From positions 16,421-80,420 of the forward strand of contig FR893309.1 in assembly GCA_000436035.1 (NCBI GenBank): a DNA stretch of 64,000 nt, read 5' to 3'. Both the position numbers and the translations under genes were made by a program. This document shows, one piece after another, positions 1 through 10,970 of the stretch. The stretch is from Prevotella sp. CAG:732 (GTDB lineage Bacteria; Bacteroidota; Bacteroidia; Bacteroidales; Bacteroidaceae). The notes beneath the pieces were generated by a model. The model was not told the origin of the DNA. It did not search any database and saw only the letters and a list, made by a program, of their open reading frames with translations. Positions within the stretch are counted from its first letter, which is position 1. Each line of letters opens with the position of its first letter.

Positions 1-1862
1 AGTTCAAGACAGAGTTCGGTTACGATACATATAAAGTAGATACCAAGAGATTCTTTGGCCCTACTACTTATTATGTAAAGAATGTGCCAGCTTCTGCAAA
101 TCAAGGTTTGCCTGCAATCACTTTGACCAACCAGTATCGTACTAAGTTCCGTAATACGAATACTGTAAGCTATGATTTCAAGGATATATTTGGAAAAAAT
201 AGTGCCCATAGTTTGAATGTATTATTGGGAGAGGAGTATATCATCATGAAGAATGAGTTGATGACGAATACAGCTCATGGTTTCCCAGCAAACTTTACTT
301 CAGCAGAAGCTTGGAAGTTTACAACTCAGGGAACTCCTTTTGAAATCAATGACTTCTATGATCCTGATGATATATTGAATTCTTATTTTGGTAGAATCAA
401 TTATAATTATAAGGAGAAGTATCTTTTGAGTGCCACAGCTCGTGCTGACGGCTCTTCTAAGTTTGCCAAAGGTAACCGATGGGGTTTCTTCCCATCAATA
501 GCTGCTGCTTGGCGTATTTCGTCAGAGCCATTCATGAAGGGTGCTGAGAAGTGGCTTGATGATTTGAAACTCCGTTTGTCTTACGGTACTGCAGGTAATA
601 ATAACATATCCTCTGGTCTTTTGACGCAAGAGTTCCAAGCTAATGCGACTAGTTGGATTAATGGATATAATTCTTATATTTCTCCTTCTAAGACAATGGC
701 AAACCCAGATTTGAAGTGGGAAACTACCATTACTCGTAACGTGGGTATTGACTATACTATGTTTGGAAGTAAGCTGACAGGTAGTATTGATGCTTATTGG
801 AATAATACGAAGGACTTGTTGATTCAGTATCCTGTAGCTGGTACAGGTTACGATTACCAGTATCGCAATATGGGTGAGACACGTAACATGGGTCTTGAAT
901 TTGCTTTGACATGGAATGCTATCAACAAGAAAAACTTTGGTTTGACAGTAGGTGCTAACATTTCATTCAATAAGAACAAGGTTCTCTCTTTGGGTCAGAT
1001 TGAGTCTATTGACAACATTAGTACACAATGGGCATCTTCTGAAATTGATCAGGACTTTGTTATTAAGAAAGGCGAACCAATTGGTCAGATTTGGGGTTAT
1101 AAGAGCGCTGGACGTTATGAGGTAGATGACTTTGATATAGCAAAGTCTCAGGAAAAAGGTAAGTGGATTCTCAAAGATGGAGTTGCTGATTGTAGTACAG
1201 TTCTTGGTACATCAGTTCGTCCAGGTAGTATGAAATTGGCTGAAATCAAGGAGAACAAGACTGGTAAGATTACGACAGATGATCGTACTGTAATTGGTGA
1301 TACAAACCCAGCTCACACAGGTGGTTTCAACATCAATGCTCGTGTATATGGTTTTGATTTGACTGCTAACTTCAACTGGAGTGTCGGCAACGATGTCTAT
1401 AATGCAAATGCCATTGAATATACTCAGACATCTAAGTATCAGTATCGTAACCTCATTGACAAGATGGCGTCAGGTTCACGCTGGACAAATATTGATGCCA
1501 ATGGTAATCTGTTGAATTGGAACAATGCGGAAGAGTTGGCTGCGTTGAATGCCAATACTGCTATGTGGTCTCCATATACAGGTAAGTATGTATTAACAGA
1601 TTATTATGTTGAGGATGCTTCATTCCTTCGTTTGAGCACATTGACATTGGGTTACACCTTGCCAACCACTCTAACAAAGCGTGTAGGTATCAATAGCTTA
1701 CGTTTCTACGTAACAGCATACAATGTATTCTGTATCACCAATTACTCTGGTTTCGATCCAGAGGTGTCTGCTATCCGCAGAACAAACTTGACTCCAGGCG
1801 TAGATTACTCAGCTTATCCTAAGAGCCGTCAGTTTGTGATTGGTTTGAACCTCAACTTCTAA
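1..1862 (+). CDS. SusC/RagA TonB-dependent transporter, 5'-truncated by the window edge
   Basis: Barrel motifs SYFGRINYNY, RADGSSKF, NPDLKWETT and C-terminal YPKSRQFVIGLNLNF; frame is open upstream of 84; SusD follows. Confidence 0.95.
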   Translation, partial: FKTEFGYDTYKVDTKRFFGPTTYYVKNVPASANQGLPAITLTNQYRTKFRNTNTVSYDFKDIFGKNSAHSLNVLLGEEYIIMKNELMTNTAHGFPANFTSAEAWKFTTQGTPFEINDFYDPDDILNSYFGRINYNYKEKYLLSATARADGSSKFAKGNRWGFFPSIAAAWRISSEPFMKGAEKWLDDLKLRLSYGTAGNNNISSGLLTQEFQANATSWINGYNSYISPSKTMANPDLKWETTITRNVGIDYTMFGSKLTGSIDAYWNNTKDLLIQYPVAGTGYDYQYRNMGETRNMGLEFALTWNAINKKNFGLTVGANISFNKNKVLSLGQIESIDNISTQWASSEIDQDFVIKKGEPIGQIWGYKSAGRYEVDDFDIAKSQEKGKWILKDGVADCSTVLGTSVRPGSMKLAEIKENKTGKITTDDRTVIGDTNPAHTGGFNINARVYGFDLTANFNWSVGNDVYNANAIEYTQTSKYQYRNLIDKMASGSRWTNIDANGNLLNWNNAEELAALNANTAMWSPYTGKYVLTDYYVEDASFLRLSTLTLGYTLPTTLTKRVGINSLRFYVTAYNVFCITNYSGFDPEVSAIRRTNLTPGVDYSAYPKSRQFVIGLNLNF

Positions 1863-1881
1863 TTATTTAATAATAGCAAAA

Positions 1882-3726
1882 ATGAAGAAATCAATATATT
1901 TTTCATTCATATTGGCTGCAACTTTAGCAACAACCTCTTGTGACCTTGAGGCTCCAACAAAGTCAACTATCAAAGAGGATATAGTGTTCTCTACAGAGAG
2001 ATTAGCTGATGCAGCTATCATGGGTATTCACCAATCTTTTGGTGAAACCAACTCCTATCGAGGAAGATTTATACCTTATTATGGTACAAATACCGATTGT
2101 GAGATTTTCAACAATTATGGTGGCGTTTCTGATCCAACAACAGACAAGGAAGCTTCATTAGCTTGTTATTCGACATCTGCAACTAATACTTATATGAATA
2201 CAAGCAATAATGCTTGGGCTAAGTTGTATGAGGCTATTGAACGTGCCAATAAAGCGATTAGTGCTATGGAGAAGAATGCCGACATTGATGGTGATGCAGG
2301 TTTGGGACAACTTTATGGTGAGATTCTTACTTTGAGAGGTTTCATCTACTTTGATTTGGTGAAAGCATGGGGTGACGTTCCTTACCGTTTTGAACCTGTT
2401 ACTTCTGAAACACTTTACTTGCCAAAGACTGATCGTGTAACAGTTTTAAAAAAGGTAATGGAAGATTTGGAATCAGCTGAGAAATATCTTGGTTGGCCAA
2501 ATGAAAACTCATATACTAAGTCAACTGAACGTGCTAGCAAATCATTTGCGAAGGGTCTTCGTGCTCGTATTGCTCTTTTCTTGGCAGGTAAATCAGAATG
2601 GCCTAATGAAGGCCTTCGGTATAACCTCACGGATGAAAGCGAAAGAAAGGCAATGTACACTATAGCTAGAGATGAGTGTGTTAGTATCATCAATCAACAC
2701 TGCAATCAGTTGGGTACTACCTTTGATGAAAACTTCCGTAACCTTTGTAAGGAAGATGTGACTGCAGGTAAAGAGTCTATCTTTGAGATTCCATTCTCAG
2801 ATGGTCGTGGTCGTGTACTCTATACATGGGGTGGAAAGCATAAGACAACTGACCAGTGGACAGGCTTGGCAAAAGGTGGCGTAAATGGTCCTACTCCTAC
2901 ACTTTGGTATGATTTTGATAAGGATGATGCTCGTCGTAATATCACTTGCATACCATTTACTTGGGACAATGGAGAAAAAACAATCTCTGGTGGCTCTGGT
3001 GGTGGTTGGAGTTTCGGTAAACTCCGCTTTGAATGGATGAGTCGTAAGGTGACATCAACTAATGATGATGGTATCAACTATCAGGTAATCCGTTATGCAG
3101 ACATCTATTTGATGGCAGCTGAGGCAGAGAATGCTTTGAATGGTCCTGCTAATGCAAAGCAATATCTCAAGCCAATCCTTGACCGTGCATATCCTGCTGC
3201 TAAGGTTGAGAGCATTTTGGCAGATGCTTCTACACAAGATGCATTCCAGCTTACAATTGAAAATCAACGTAAGTTTGAGTTTGCTGGTGAAGGCTTGCGC
3301 AAACTTGACTTGATGCGTTGGGGTAAGTTGAGCTCAACTTTGGCAGAAACAAAGGAAAAGATGACAGAATTGTCAAACCGTACAGGTAGATATGCCAACT
3401 ATCCAAAGAAGCTCTATTATAATGAGGGTTTAGGTGCAGCAAGCACTGACGCAGATACTTATGAAGTATATGGTTTGGAGGAAGGACAAACCGATGATGA
3501 AGGCAAGGCTCTTTATAGTTCTAGCAGCAACTGGTTTAGCTATCGAGAGCATGTTGATGGCGAGAAAGATTCTGATAAAAAGAGCATAGATGATAACAAC
3601 AATAAGATAGATAAATATCTTCAGTATCTCTATGTAAATGATCCTGATCAGAAGATGTTCTGGCCTATCTGGAAGGTATTTATCGACAGCAGTAATGGCT
3701 TGCTAAAAAACGATTATGATTATTAA
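1882..3726 (+). CDS. SusD/RagB glycan-binding lipoprotein
   Basis: Lipobox TTSC, IRYADIYLMAAEA, EFAGEGLRKLDLMRWG; directly after SusC. Confidence 0.95.
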   Translation: MKKSIYFSFILAATLATTSCDLEAPTKSTIKEDIVFSTERLADAAIMGIHQSFGETNSYRGRFIPYYGTNTDCEIFNNYGGVSDPTTDKEASLACYSTSATNTYMNTSNNAWAKLYEAIERANKAISAMEKNADIDGDAGLGQLYGEILTLRGFIYFDLVKAWGDVPYRFEPVTSETLYLPKTDRVTVLKKVMEDLESAEKYLGWPNENSYTKSTERASKSFAKGLRARIALFLAGKSEWPNEGLRYNLTDESERKAMYTIARDECVSIINQHCNQLGTTFDENFRNLCKEDVTAGKESIFEIPFSDGRGRVLYTWGGKHKTTDQWTGLAKGGVNGPTPTLWYDFDKDDARRNITCIPFTWDNGEKTISGGSGGGWSFGKLRFEWMSRKVTSTNDDGINYQVIRYADIYLMAAEAENALNGPANAKQYLKPILDRAYPAAKVESILADASTQDAFQLTIENQRKFEFAGEGLRKLDLMRWGKLSSTLAETKEKMTELSNRTGRYANYPKKLYYNEGLGAASTDADTYEVYGLEEGQTDDEGKALYSSSSNWFSYREHVDGEKDSDKKSIDDNNNKIDKYLQYLYVNDPDQKMFWPIWKVFIDSSNGLLKNDYDY

Positions 3727-3750
3727 TTCTAACTATTAGATAATAAGATT

Positions 3751-5328
3751 ATGAATATTATCAAAAAAATAACTTATATCTTGGCACTGGGAGCGGTATT
3801 GTTTACCGCTGCCAGTTGCTCAGACCCAGATGATGAGTTGACAAGCGTTGAATATGATAGACTTTTCAAGCCAACATCATTCGAGGCAAAAGTTCAAAAT
3901 AAAGTGAATATTCGCCTTATTTGGGAATGCTTGTCAAAAGCAGATTCTTATACGATTCAGTTGTTTGCAAACGATGAGGATATGAAATTTGAAGGTGAGC
4001 CTACTTTAGAGTTTACTGATGTGGCTTCAAGCCCATATACAGTGACGGGCTTGAATGACGAAACTTCATATTCGATTCGTATCAAGGCTGTGGGCTCTTC
4101 AAAGGAATCACATTGGTCAACAGCTTTCGTAACAACAGATGCAGAGCAAATTTTTGAAAAGGTAACAGATGACGATATCACTGCAAAGACTGTAACTTTG
4201 CGTTGGGAAGCTGGTGCCGATGTGTCTGTTATTGAAATTACTGGTGGTAAGGAAGAAACCTATACACTTTCTGATGAGGAAAAACAAAATGGTACTGCTA
4301 CTATTTCTGGCTTGACAGAGGATACTCAATATACATTTACTATCAAAAATGCTGTCAAGGCACGTGGTAAGGTTACTGTGACAACTATGCCAAATTATAC
4401 AGCTGCATATCCTGGCTCAGATTTGCAAGAGTTGATTGATGCTACTGAAGATGGTGGCACATTGATGTTGCTTCCTGCTAAGGATGGTTCCTCAAATCAG
4501 TTCATCTACAATGGTGATGATGGTTCTGCTTCTACTAAAGAACTTACTATCAGCAAGAAGATTACTATTAAGTGTATGGATACAAAACCAGTTGTTGCTC
4601 GTGTTAAGTTCGTTCTTGATGGAGCCAAGGATTTCGTTCTTGAGAACGTTAAATTTACAGGTGTTACTGGTGATGCTTTGATCAAGACAAGTAATTGCTC
4701 TGGAACTATCAATGTAAACAATATTGAAGTTGAAGGATATGGAAACTTTGTTGTTGATCCAGGTGAAAATGTATGTACTGTTGACGAGTTTACTGTTACA
4801 AACAGCTATTTCCATGATATGTGCAAAGGTAAGCGTTTTGTGGATTCACAGAAGAAGAAATGCGCTATTTTGAAGTTCAATATGAATCATTGCACTGTCG
4901 CTAATTCTTGTCAAGGTTCAGATTTCTTGCGTTTTGATTATAATGCAGCGCAGCCAATTGAAGTAAACTTTACCAATAATACCTTGTATAAGGTTGAGGC
5001 TACTTCTAAGGGCTTGTTCTACATCCGTTCAAATAAGGCAGGTGACAGATTCTTTACGGCAAACATTAAAAATAATGTCTTTGCAGAGATGAGTGATGCT
5101 GTATTCTTCAGCCAAGATTCTAAGTCGGACAATTTGAAGTTCAGCAACAACTGTTATCATAATGCATCTAATTTGCAGAAAGTTGTGGGCGATGAAGACC
5201 CTAAGAAGAATACGTATGATACTTCAGGTCTTACTCTTGACCCAGGTTTCAAGGACGCAGCAAATGGTGACTTCACTATTACCAATGAAACTTTGATTGA
5301 CAAGAACATTGGTAACGTTGCTCAATAA
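3751..5328 (+). CDS. PUL surface lipoprotein with FN3 domains and a beta-helix-like C-terminus (DUF4957/DUF5123-like; pectin-PUL type)
   Basis: Lipobox AASC; two FN3-like repeats (TVTGLNDETSYSIRIKA, TISGLTEDTQYTFTIK); C-terminal LDPGFKDAANGDFTI. Confidence 0.75.
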   Translation: MNIIKKITYILALGAVLFTAASCSDPDDELTSVEYDRLFKPTSFEAKVQNKVNIRLIWECLSKADSYTIQLFANDEDMKFEGEPTLEFTDVASSPYTVTGLNDETSYSIRIKAVGSSKESHWSTAFVTTDAEQIFEKVTDDDITAKTVTLRWEAGADVSVIEITGGKEETYTLSDEEKQNGTATISGLTEDTQYTFTIKNAVKARGKVTVTTMPNYTAAYPGSDLQELIDATEDGGTLMLLPAKDGSSNQFIYNGDDGSASTKELTISKKITIKCMDTKPVVARVKFVLDGAKDFVLENVKFTGVTGDALIKTSNCSGTINVNNIEVEGYGNFVVDPGENVCTVDEFTVTNSYFHDMCKGKRFVDSQKKKCAILKFNMNHCTVANSCQGSDFLRFDYNAAQPIEVNFTNNTLYKVEATSKGLFYIRSNKAGDRFFTANIKNNVFAEMSDAVFFSQDSKSDNLKFSNNCYHNASNLQKVVGDEDPKKNTYDTSGLTLDPGFKDAANGDFTITNETLIDKNIGNVAQ

Positions 5329-5421
5329 TGTTGGCATCAATAAAAGATACATACATTTATTTTGGGTTTGGGGCTAATGGAGTTGTCCATTAGTTGCCAT
5401 CTAACAAAAACAAATCTATAG

Positions 5422-5451
5422 AGGGAGCCGGGACGAGAGTCTCGGCTCCCT
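5422..5451 (+). terminator. Intrinsic terminator of PUL 1
   Basis: agggagccgggac-gaga-gtctcggctccct hairpin followed by T-rich sequence. Confidence 0.75.
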
Positions 5452-5502
5452 TGTTAGTTTTCTTATGCCTTGCCTTGAATTGAGGGTAGGGGGAAGAATA
5501 AA

Positions 5503-5537
5503 AACAGGCGACTCGTCTTATCGACAAGTCGCCTGTT
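5503..5537 (-). terminator. Intrinsic terminator downstream of the Rpn pseudogene
   Basis: aacaggcgact...agtcgcctgtt stem; the A-run on its left reads as a U-tract on the minus strand. Confidence 0.7.
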
Positions 5538-5568
5538 CTTAAATATAATAATGTGTAATTTCTATTCC

Positions 5569-5953
5569 TTATTGTTTCTTCATGAGTGCTAGCACCTCTT
5601 CGAGTGACAGCCCGGTACCTGCAGCCACTTGCTCTGGTGTCAACTTCATGGCAAGAAAGTTCTTGGCAGTGGCAATCTGAGTTTGCTCAAGCAACGGCTG
5701 TCGGCAATGTCAGCGAGTCGCTTGAAAATCTTCTTTTGCGTTGCAAACGGTATTCTTTCTAGTGTAGCCATATGCTTTAATACGTAAATCCATTTATCGA
5801 AATCTGTTCTTTGTCCTTGAAGGTCACGTCCTTCACATGAAGTTCGCCCTCCAGCAAATCGTTTAAGAAACTAATCAGCAAATCCTTGCTGAACTCTTGT
5901 CCGAAGAGGCGCTTGAAGCCCCAATCGGTGAATGGGTTGATGTATTTTCCCAT
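5569..5953 (-). pseudogene. Rpn/PD-(D/E)XK 'putative transposase' family gene with two internal deletions
   Basis: Three family-typical pieces in different frames: MGKYINPFTDWGFKRLFG...KDKEQI / TDFDKWIYVLKHMATLERIPF...IFKRLADIA / EQTQIATAKNFLAMKLTPEQVAAGTGLSLEEV; only 385 bp in total. Confidence 0.85.
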
Positions 5954-6117
5954 AAGTTCACATATATAAAGTTGTTTTCGCACTATTGCGAAGTGTTGGC
6001 AAAGTTACGCTTTTATTTCCGTATCGCCAAAGAAATGACGATGTTTTTGTCTTAAATGGATGACTTTTCCTAGTATAAGTCAACAATAAAACGGACAAAT
6101 GCTCGATAAAATGGGCT

Positions 6118-6185
6118 TTTGTCCTTTTTTTATTCTTCTTTGTCTGATATTTATCTAGCACTTTTCGGTTGTTTCCCTACTTTTG
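6118..6185 (+). promoter_or_regulatory. Galactan PUL promoter (TACTTTTG at 6178-6185) with a candidate activator direct repeat
   Basis: Matches the Bacteroidetes -7 element TAnnTTTG; tttgtc at 6118 and 6139, 21 bp apart. Confidence 0.55.
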
Positions 6186-6252
6186 CAACCGAAACTTTCA
6201 ATCATTTGAAATATTCAATCGAAAAATAATAACCTAATAGAACAGCTAAACA

Positions 6253-9219
6253 ATGAATGCAATCTTGTGTAAAACGAAGAGAAGTTTTCTTCTCGTGACA
6301 TTGTTCCTCATGGGATGTTTGCAGCTCGTGGCGCAAACTCGTACCATTCAAGGTGAGGTGACAGATGCACAAAATGGTGAGGCTCTGATCGGTGCTACCG
6401 TCATGGTGGAAGGCGAGAAGGGCGGTACGGTTACCGACTTCGATGGTAACTTCAAACTGCAAGTGACTTCCTCTGCCAAGAAAGTCAAAATCTCTTATAT
6501 CGGTTACATAGATAAGGTAATCGCTATTTCCGACAATATGAAGGTGAAGCTCGAACCTGAGAGCCAGTCACTCGGCGATGTCGTGGTCATCGGTTATGGT
6601 ACCGCACGCAAGAGCGACTTGACAGGTTCTGTTGCCACCGTCAACTCCAAGGACTTCAACAAGGGCTTGGTTTCTTCTCCAGAACAACTCATCAATGGTA
6701 AGGTATCAGGTGTGCAAATCATGTCAAACAGTGGTTCTGCATCTGCCGGTAGCACCATCCGTGTACGTGGCGGTGCTTCCCTCAACGCCAGCAACGACCC
6801 TTTGATCGTATTGGATGGCGTGCCATTGGAGCAGGGTGGTATCTCTGGTAACTCCAGCAACTTCCTCTCTATGATCAACCCTGCCGACATCGAGAGCATG
6901 ACCGTCTTGAAGGATGCTTCTTCTACAGCCATCTATGGTTCTCGTGCTTCCAATGGTGTCATCATTATCACCACCAAGAAAGGTCAGCAGGGCGGATTGA
7001 AGGTCAACTTCAATACCACCAACAGTGTGCAGACTCGTGCTCAGATGGTGGATATGCTCGGATATGACGATTTCGTCAAAGTCATCAATCAATATGGTAC
7101 AGACAATCAGAAGTCATTGCTCGGCACAGCGCATACCGATTGGAATGACGAGGTATATCGCACCGCCTTCGGTACCGACAACAACCTCAGCCTTTCCGGT
7201 AGCATCGGCAAGTTCTTGCCATTCCGTGCTTCCGTAGGTTACTACAACCAGAGCGGTTTGGTACGCAAGGACAATGTGGAGCGTTGGACAGGTAACATCG
7301 TCTTGACTCCTAGCTTCTTCCAAGACCACTTGAAGTTGACCATCAATGCCAAGGGTACACTCAACAACAACTCCTTCAATGCAGGTGGTGCAGTTTGGGC
7401 AGCCGCTACCTATAATCCAACTCTCCCTGTCTATTCAGGCAATAGCAACTATGGTGGTTACAATGAGGCACTCGATGCTGATGGTTATCCAGTGAATGCC
7501 GGTGTGAGAAACCCACGTGGTATCGTTGACCAATATGACTCCAAGAGTAAGGTGAGCCGCTTCATCGGTTCGATGGACGTAGATTATAAAGTTCACTTCT
7601 TGCCAGACTTGAAACTCCATGCCACCCTCGGTGCCGACTATGCCAAGGGCGATGGTACAGTATATGTTCCTGTTGAGGCAGCCTCTGCCTTCAACAAGGA
7701 TGCTTCCCTGAGCGGTAACGACTATAAGTATGGTCCTCAGAAGAATGAGAACCGACTCTTGACACTCTATGCCAACTACGCCAAGTATTTCGAGAATATC
7801 AAGAGCAATGTCGATCTCACCGCAGGTTACGACTATCAGTATTGGAAGAGTTCTACTCCAGAATATTTCACTAAGAGTGCGGCAGGCACAGTCCTGTCAA
7901 CTGTGAAGGCATCAGATTATCGTCATGTACTGTTGTCTTACTACGGTCGTGTCAACTATTCATTTGATGGAAAGTACCTCTTGACGGCTACAGTTCGTCG
8001 AGATGCTTCTTCCCGCTTCTCCAAGGATAACCGCTGGGGTACTTTCCCATCTGTAGCCTTGGGCTGGACCTTGACACAGGAGCCTTGGTTGAAGGACAGC
8101 AAGGTGGTCAGCAACTTGAAGCTCCGTGCCAGCTATGGTGTGACAGGTCAGCAGGATGGTATCGGCAACTACAATTACTTGCCAGTCTATACCTCCAGTG
8201 TGACAGGTGCCGAGGCTCTCATCAATGGCAACTACATCATGACTTACCGTCCTGAGGCATACGTGGAGAACTTGAAGTGGGAGACCACCACCTCTTGGAA
8301 CTTCGGTGTCGATTTCGGATTCTTGGGTGGTCGCCTCGGTGGTTCGCTCGATTTCTATACCCGTAAGACCAAGGACCTCTTGGCTTCCGTTCCTACCGCA
8401 GCCGGTACCAACTTCTCGAAGACTATCTTGACCAACGTGGGTAATGTGGATAGCAAGGGTATCGAGTTGACCTTGAATGCGACTCCTATCCAAACCAAGG
8501 ACTGGGAGTGGAACCTGAGCTACAACTTCACTTGGCAGAACATGAAGGTGAAGAACCTCTCGCTCGTCAAGGGTGGCAACCAGACCAATGTGAAGGTAGG
8601 TCCTAGCATCGATGCATATCAGTTCCAGGTACTTTCCGAGGGTTACGAGCCATACATGTTCTATGTATATCATCAGCTCTACGATCCACAGACAGGCAAG
8701 CCAATCGAGGGCGCATACGCCGATCTCAATGGCGATGGCGAGATCAATGATGTCGACCTCTATCGCTATCATTCTCCAGCCCCTAAGTACATCATGGGTT
8801 TGAGCACCTCTTTGAGATACAAGCAGTTTACGCTCGGCATGAGTTTCCGTGCCAATATCGACAACTATGTATATAATGGAATGGGCATGAGCACAGGTGC
8901 TTGGGAAACCGTGAGCTACAACAACTCACAGCTCAACAACCTCAACACCAGCTTCCTCAAGACTGGTTTTAAGACTCGTCAGTATCTCTCCGACTACTAT
9001 GTGGAGAATGCTTCCTTCCTGAAGCTTGACAACTTGAGCCTGAGCTACAATGTGGGTAAAATATGCAAGTGGGCTTCGCTCACCGTATCAGCGATGGTAC
9101 AGAATGTGTTCACCATCACCGGTTACTCTGGCACCGACCCAGAGGTTCCTAACGGAATGGACAACTCCTTCTATCCACGTCCTCGCACTTACTCATTGAG
9201 CCTTGGATTCCAATTTTAA
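6253..9219 (+). CDS. SusC/RagA TonB-dependent transporter (galactan PUL)
   Basis: Signal peptide, plug motif LKDASSTAIYGSRASNGVIIITTK, C-terminal YPRPRTYSLSLGFQF. Confidence 0.97.
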   Translation: MNAILCKTKRSFLLVTLFLMGCLQLVAQTRTIQGEVTDAQNGEALIGATVMVEGEKGGTVTDFDGNFKLQVTSSAKKVKISYIGYIDKVIAISDNMKVKLEPESQSLGDVVVIGYGTARKSDLTGSVATVNSKDFNKGLVSSPEQLINGKVSGVQIMSNSGSASAGSTIRVRGGASLNASNDPLIVLDGVPLEQGGISGNSSNFLSMINPADIESMTVLKDASSTAIYGSRASNGVIIITTKKGQQGGLKVNFNTTNSVQTRAQMVDMLGYDDFVKVINQYGTDNQKSLLGTAHTDWNDEVYRTAFGTDNNLSLSGSIGKFLPFRASVGYYNQSGLVRKDNVERWTGNIVLTPSFFQDHLKLTINAKGTLNNNSFNAGGAVWAAATYNPTLPVYSGNSNYGGYNEALDADGYPVNAGVRNPRGIVDQYDSKSKVSRFIGSMDVDYKVHFLPDLKLHATLGADYAKGDGTVYVPVEAASAFNKDASLSGNDYKYGPQKNENRLLTLYANYAKYFENIKSNVDLTAGYDYQYWKSSTPEYFTKSAAGTVLSTVKASDYRHVLLSYYGRVNYSFDGKYLLTATVRRDASSRFSKDNRWGTFPSVALGWTLTQEPWLKDSKVVSNLKLRASYGVTGQQDGIGNYNYLPVYTSSVTGAEALINGNYIMTYRPEAYVENLKWETTTSWNFGVDFGFLGGRLGGSLDFYTRKTKDLLASVPTAAGTNFSKTILTNVGNVDSKGIELTLNATPIQTKDWEWNLSYNFTWQNMKVKNLSLVKGGNQTNVKVGPSIDAYQFQVLSEGYEPYMFYVYHQLYDPQTGKPIEGAYADLNGDGEINDVDLYRYHSPAPKYIMGLSTSLRYKQFTLGMSFRANIDNYVYNGMGMSTGAWETVSYNNSQLNNLNTSFLKTGFKTRQYLSDYYVENASFLKLDNLSLSYNVGKICKWASLTVSAMVQNVFTITGYSGTDPEVPNGMDNSFYPRPRTYSLSLGFQF

Positions 9220-9247
9220 GTGAAGAGTGAAGAACGAAGAGTGAAGA
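9220..9247 (+). repeat. Heptamer tandem repeat (gtgaaga/acgaaga) x4
   Basis: gtgaaga gtgaaga acgaaga gtgaaga directly after the susC TAA. Confidence 0.9.
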
Positions 9248-9279
9248 ATGTTTTCAATCAAACATAAAAACTGATAACA

Positions 9280-10959
9280 ATGAAAATCAAGAATATATTA
9301 TATACAATGATGATGGGAACAGCGGTGCTGACCTGTGCCACTAGCTGTATTTCCGATCTCGACCAATATCCTCAGACGGAGACTACCTCTAAGGATGTTT
9401 ATACCAGCCTCGCCAACTATGAGTCTGTGCTGGGCAAGATTTACGCCTCCATGTTGACCAGTGGTCAGGGCAAGGGTGGCGACAACAAAGACATGGAATC
9501 AGTCTTGAATAGTGGTAATGGATTCGACTACATGCGTATGTTCATCAACCTCCAGGAGTGTGGTACCGATGAGTTTGCTTCCACTTGGTTGACAGGTGAG
9601 CAGACCACAGGCTTGACTTATCTCACTTGGGATGCCAACGATGCCTGGGTATCTGATATGTACTATCGCATCTATTACAACATCGCCCTTTGCAATGAGT
9701 TCCTCCGCAATGCCAATGCTGCTAGTTTCACTGGCGAGGATGAGGTGAAGATGAAGGAGTACAAGGCTGAGGTTCGTTTCATGCGTGCCTTGTTCTACTA
9801 CCACGCCCTCGACCTCTATCGCAATATCCCGATGGTGACGGAGAACGACCCAGTGGGCAGTTTCATTCCTCCTCGCTATACTCCTCAGCAGACATTCGAC
9901 TATATCGAGAGTGAGTTGAAAGACTGCGTGAACGACTTGCTTCCTGCTTCCACTTGTCCTTACGGTCAGGCTTCCCAGGGCGCAGCCTATACACTCCTTG
10001 CCAAACTCTACTTGAACAGTGAGGTTTATACCGGCGTGGCAAAGTATGCCGAGTGCAAGGAGGCTTGCGAGCAGGTGATGAACATGGGCTACTCTTTGGA
10101 GAGCGATTACGGCAAACTCTTTAATGCCGATAATGATAAGCGTACTAACGAGATCATCTTCGCTCTGCCAGTATCTGCTACTCATACCGTTAGTTGGGGC
10201 TCTTCCACCTATATGGTTTGTGGACAGTTGAGTATGTCGAATGCCAACCAAACTCCTGGTGACTTCGGTGCCACAAGCGGTTGGAGTGAGTTCCGACTTC
10301 GTCCAGAGTTTGTGGATAAGTTTGAGGAGAGCGACATCTATTCACAGGGTGAGGATGCCAAGGGAGATGTACGTGCCAAGTTCTTCACCAATGGACAGAG
10401 TAAGGACGTGGCAAGCATGACAGATGAGACTACTGGTTACCTGTCAGAGAAGTGGTCCAATAAAAAGGACGATGGCACAGATGCTTCCAATACAGCCAAT
10501 GATGGTGCCGAGACCGACTATCCACTCTTCCGCTTGTCTGATGTCTATCTGATGTATGCCGAGTGTGTGGCTCGTATCAAGGGAACCAGCTGGGATGATT
10601 GGAATGGTGGCACGGATGCCAGCGACCCTGCGGTCATCGCCTCTCGCAAGAAGGGAGCCATCTACTGGATCAATCTCGTCAGAGAGCGTGCCGGAGCATC
10701 GGATGTATGGAGCAGTAACTTTGCCGATGATAATGCTCTCCTCCAGTTCATCCTCGATGAGCGAGCTCGTGAACTCTACCATGAGGGCTATCGCCGTACC
10801 GACTTGATTCGCTTCGGACAATTCACGACCAACAAATATATCTGGCAATGGAAGGGTGGCACGCACGACGGACAGGCTGTCGATAGTAAGTACAACATCT
10901 ATCCAATTCCAAATACCGAACTTACCGCAAATCCAAATCTTCATAACGACAACTATTAA
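9280..10959 (+). CDS. SusD/RagB glycan-binding lipoprotein
   Basis: Lipobox ATSC, FRLSDVYLMYAE, ERARELYHEGYRRTDLIRFG. Confidence 0.96.
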   Translation: MKIKNILYTMMMGTAVLTCATSCISDLDQYPQTETTSKDVYTSLANYESVLGKIYASMLTSGQGKGGDNKDMESVLNSGNGFDYMRMFINLQECGTDEFASTWLTGEQTTGLTYLTWDANDAWVSDMYYRIYYNIALCNEFLRNANAASFTGEDEVKMKEYKAEVRFMRALFYYHALDLYRNIPMVTENDPVGSFIPPRYTPQQTFDYIESELKDCVNDLLPASTCPYGQASQGAAYTLLAKLYLNSEVYTGVAKYAECKEACEQVMNMGYSLESDYGKLFNADNDKRTNEIIFALPVSATHTVSWGSSTYMVCGQLSMSNANQTPGDFGATSGWSEFRLRPEFVDKFEESDIYSQGEDAKGDVRAKFFTNGQSKDVASMTDETTGYLSEKWSNKKDDGTDASNTANDGAETDYPLFRLSDVYLMYAECVARIKGTSWDDWNGGTDASDPAVIASRKKGAIYWINLVRERAGASDVWSSNFADDNALLQFILDERARELYHEGYRRTDLIRFGQFTTNKYIWQWKGGTHDGQAVDSKYNIYPIPNTELTANPNLHNDNY

Positions 10960-10970
10960 GAATAACGACA

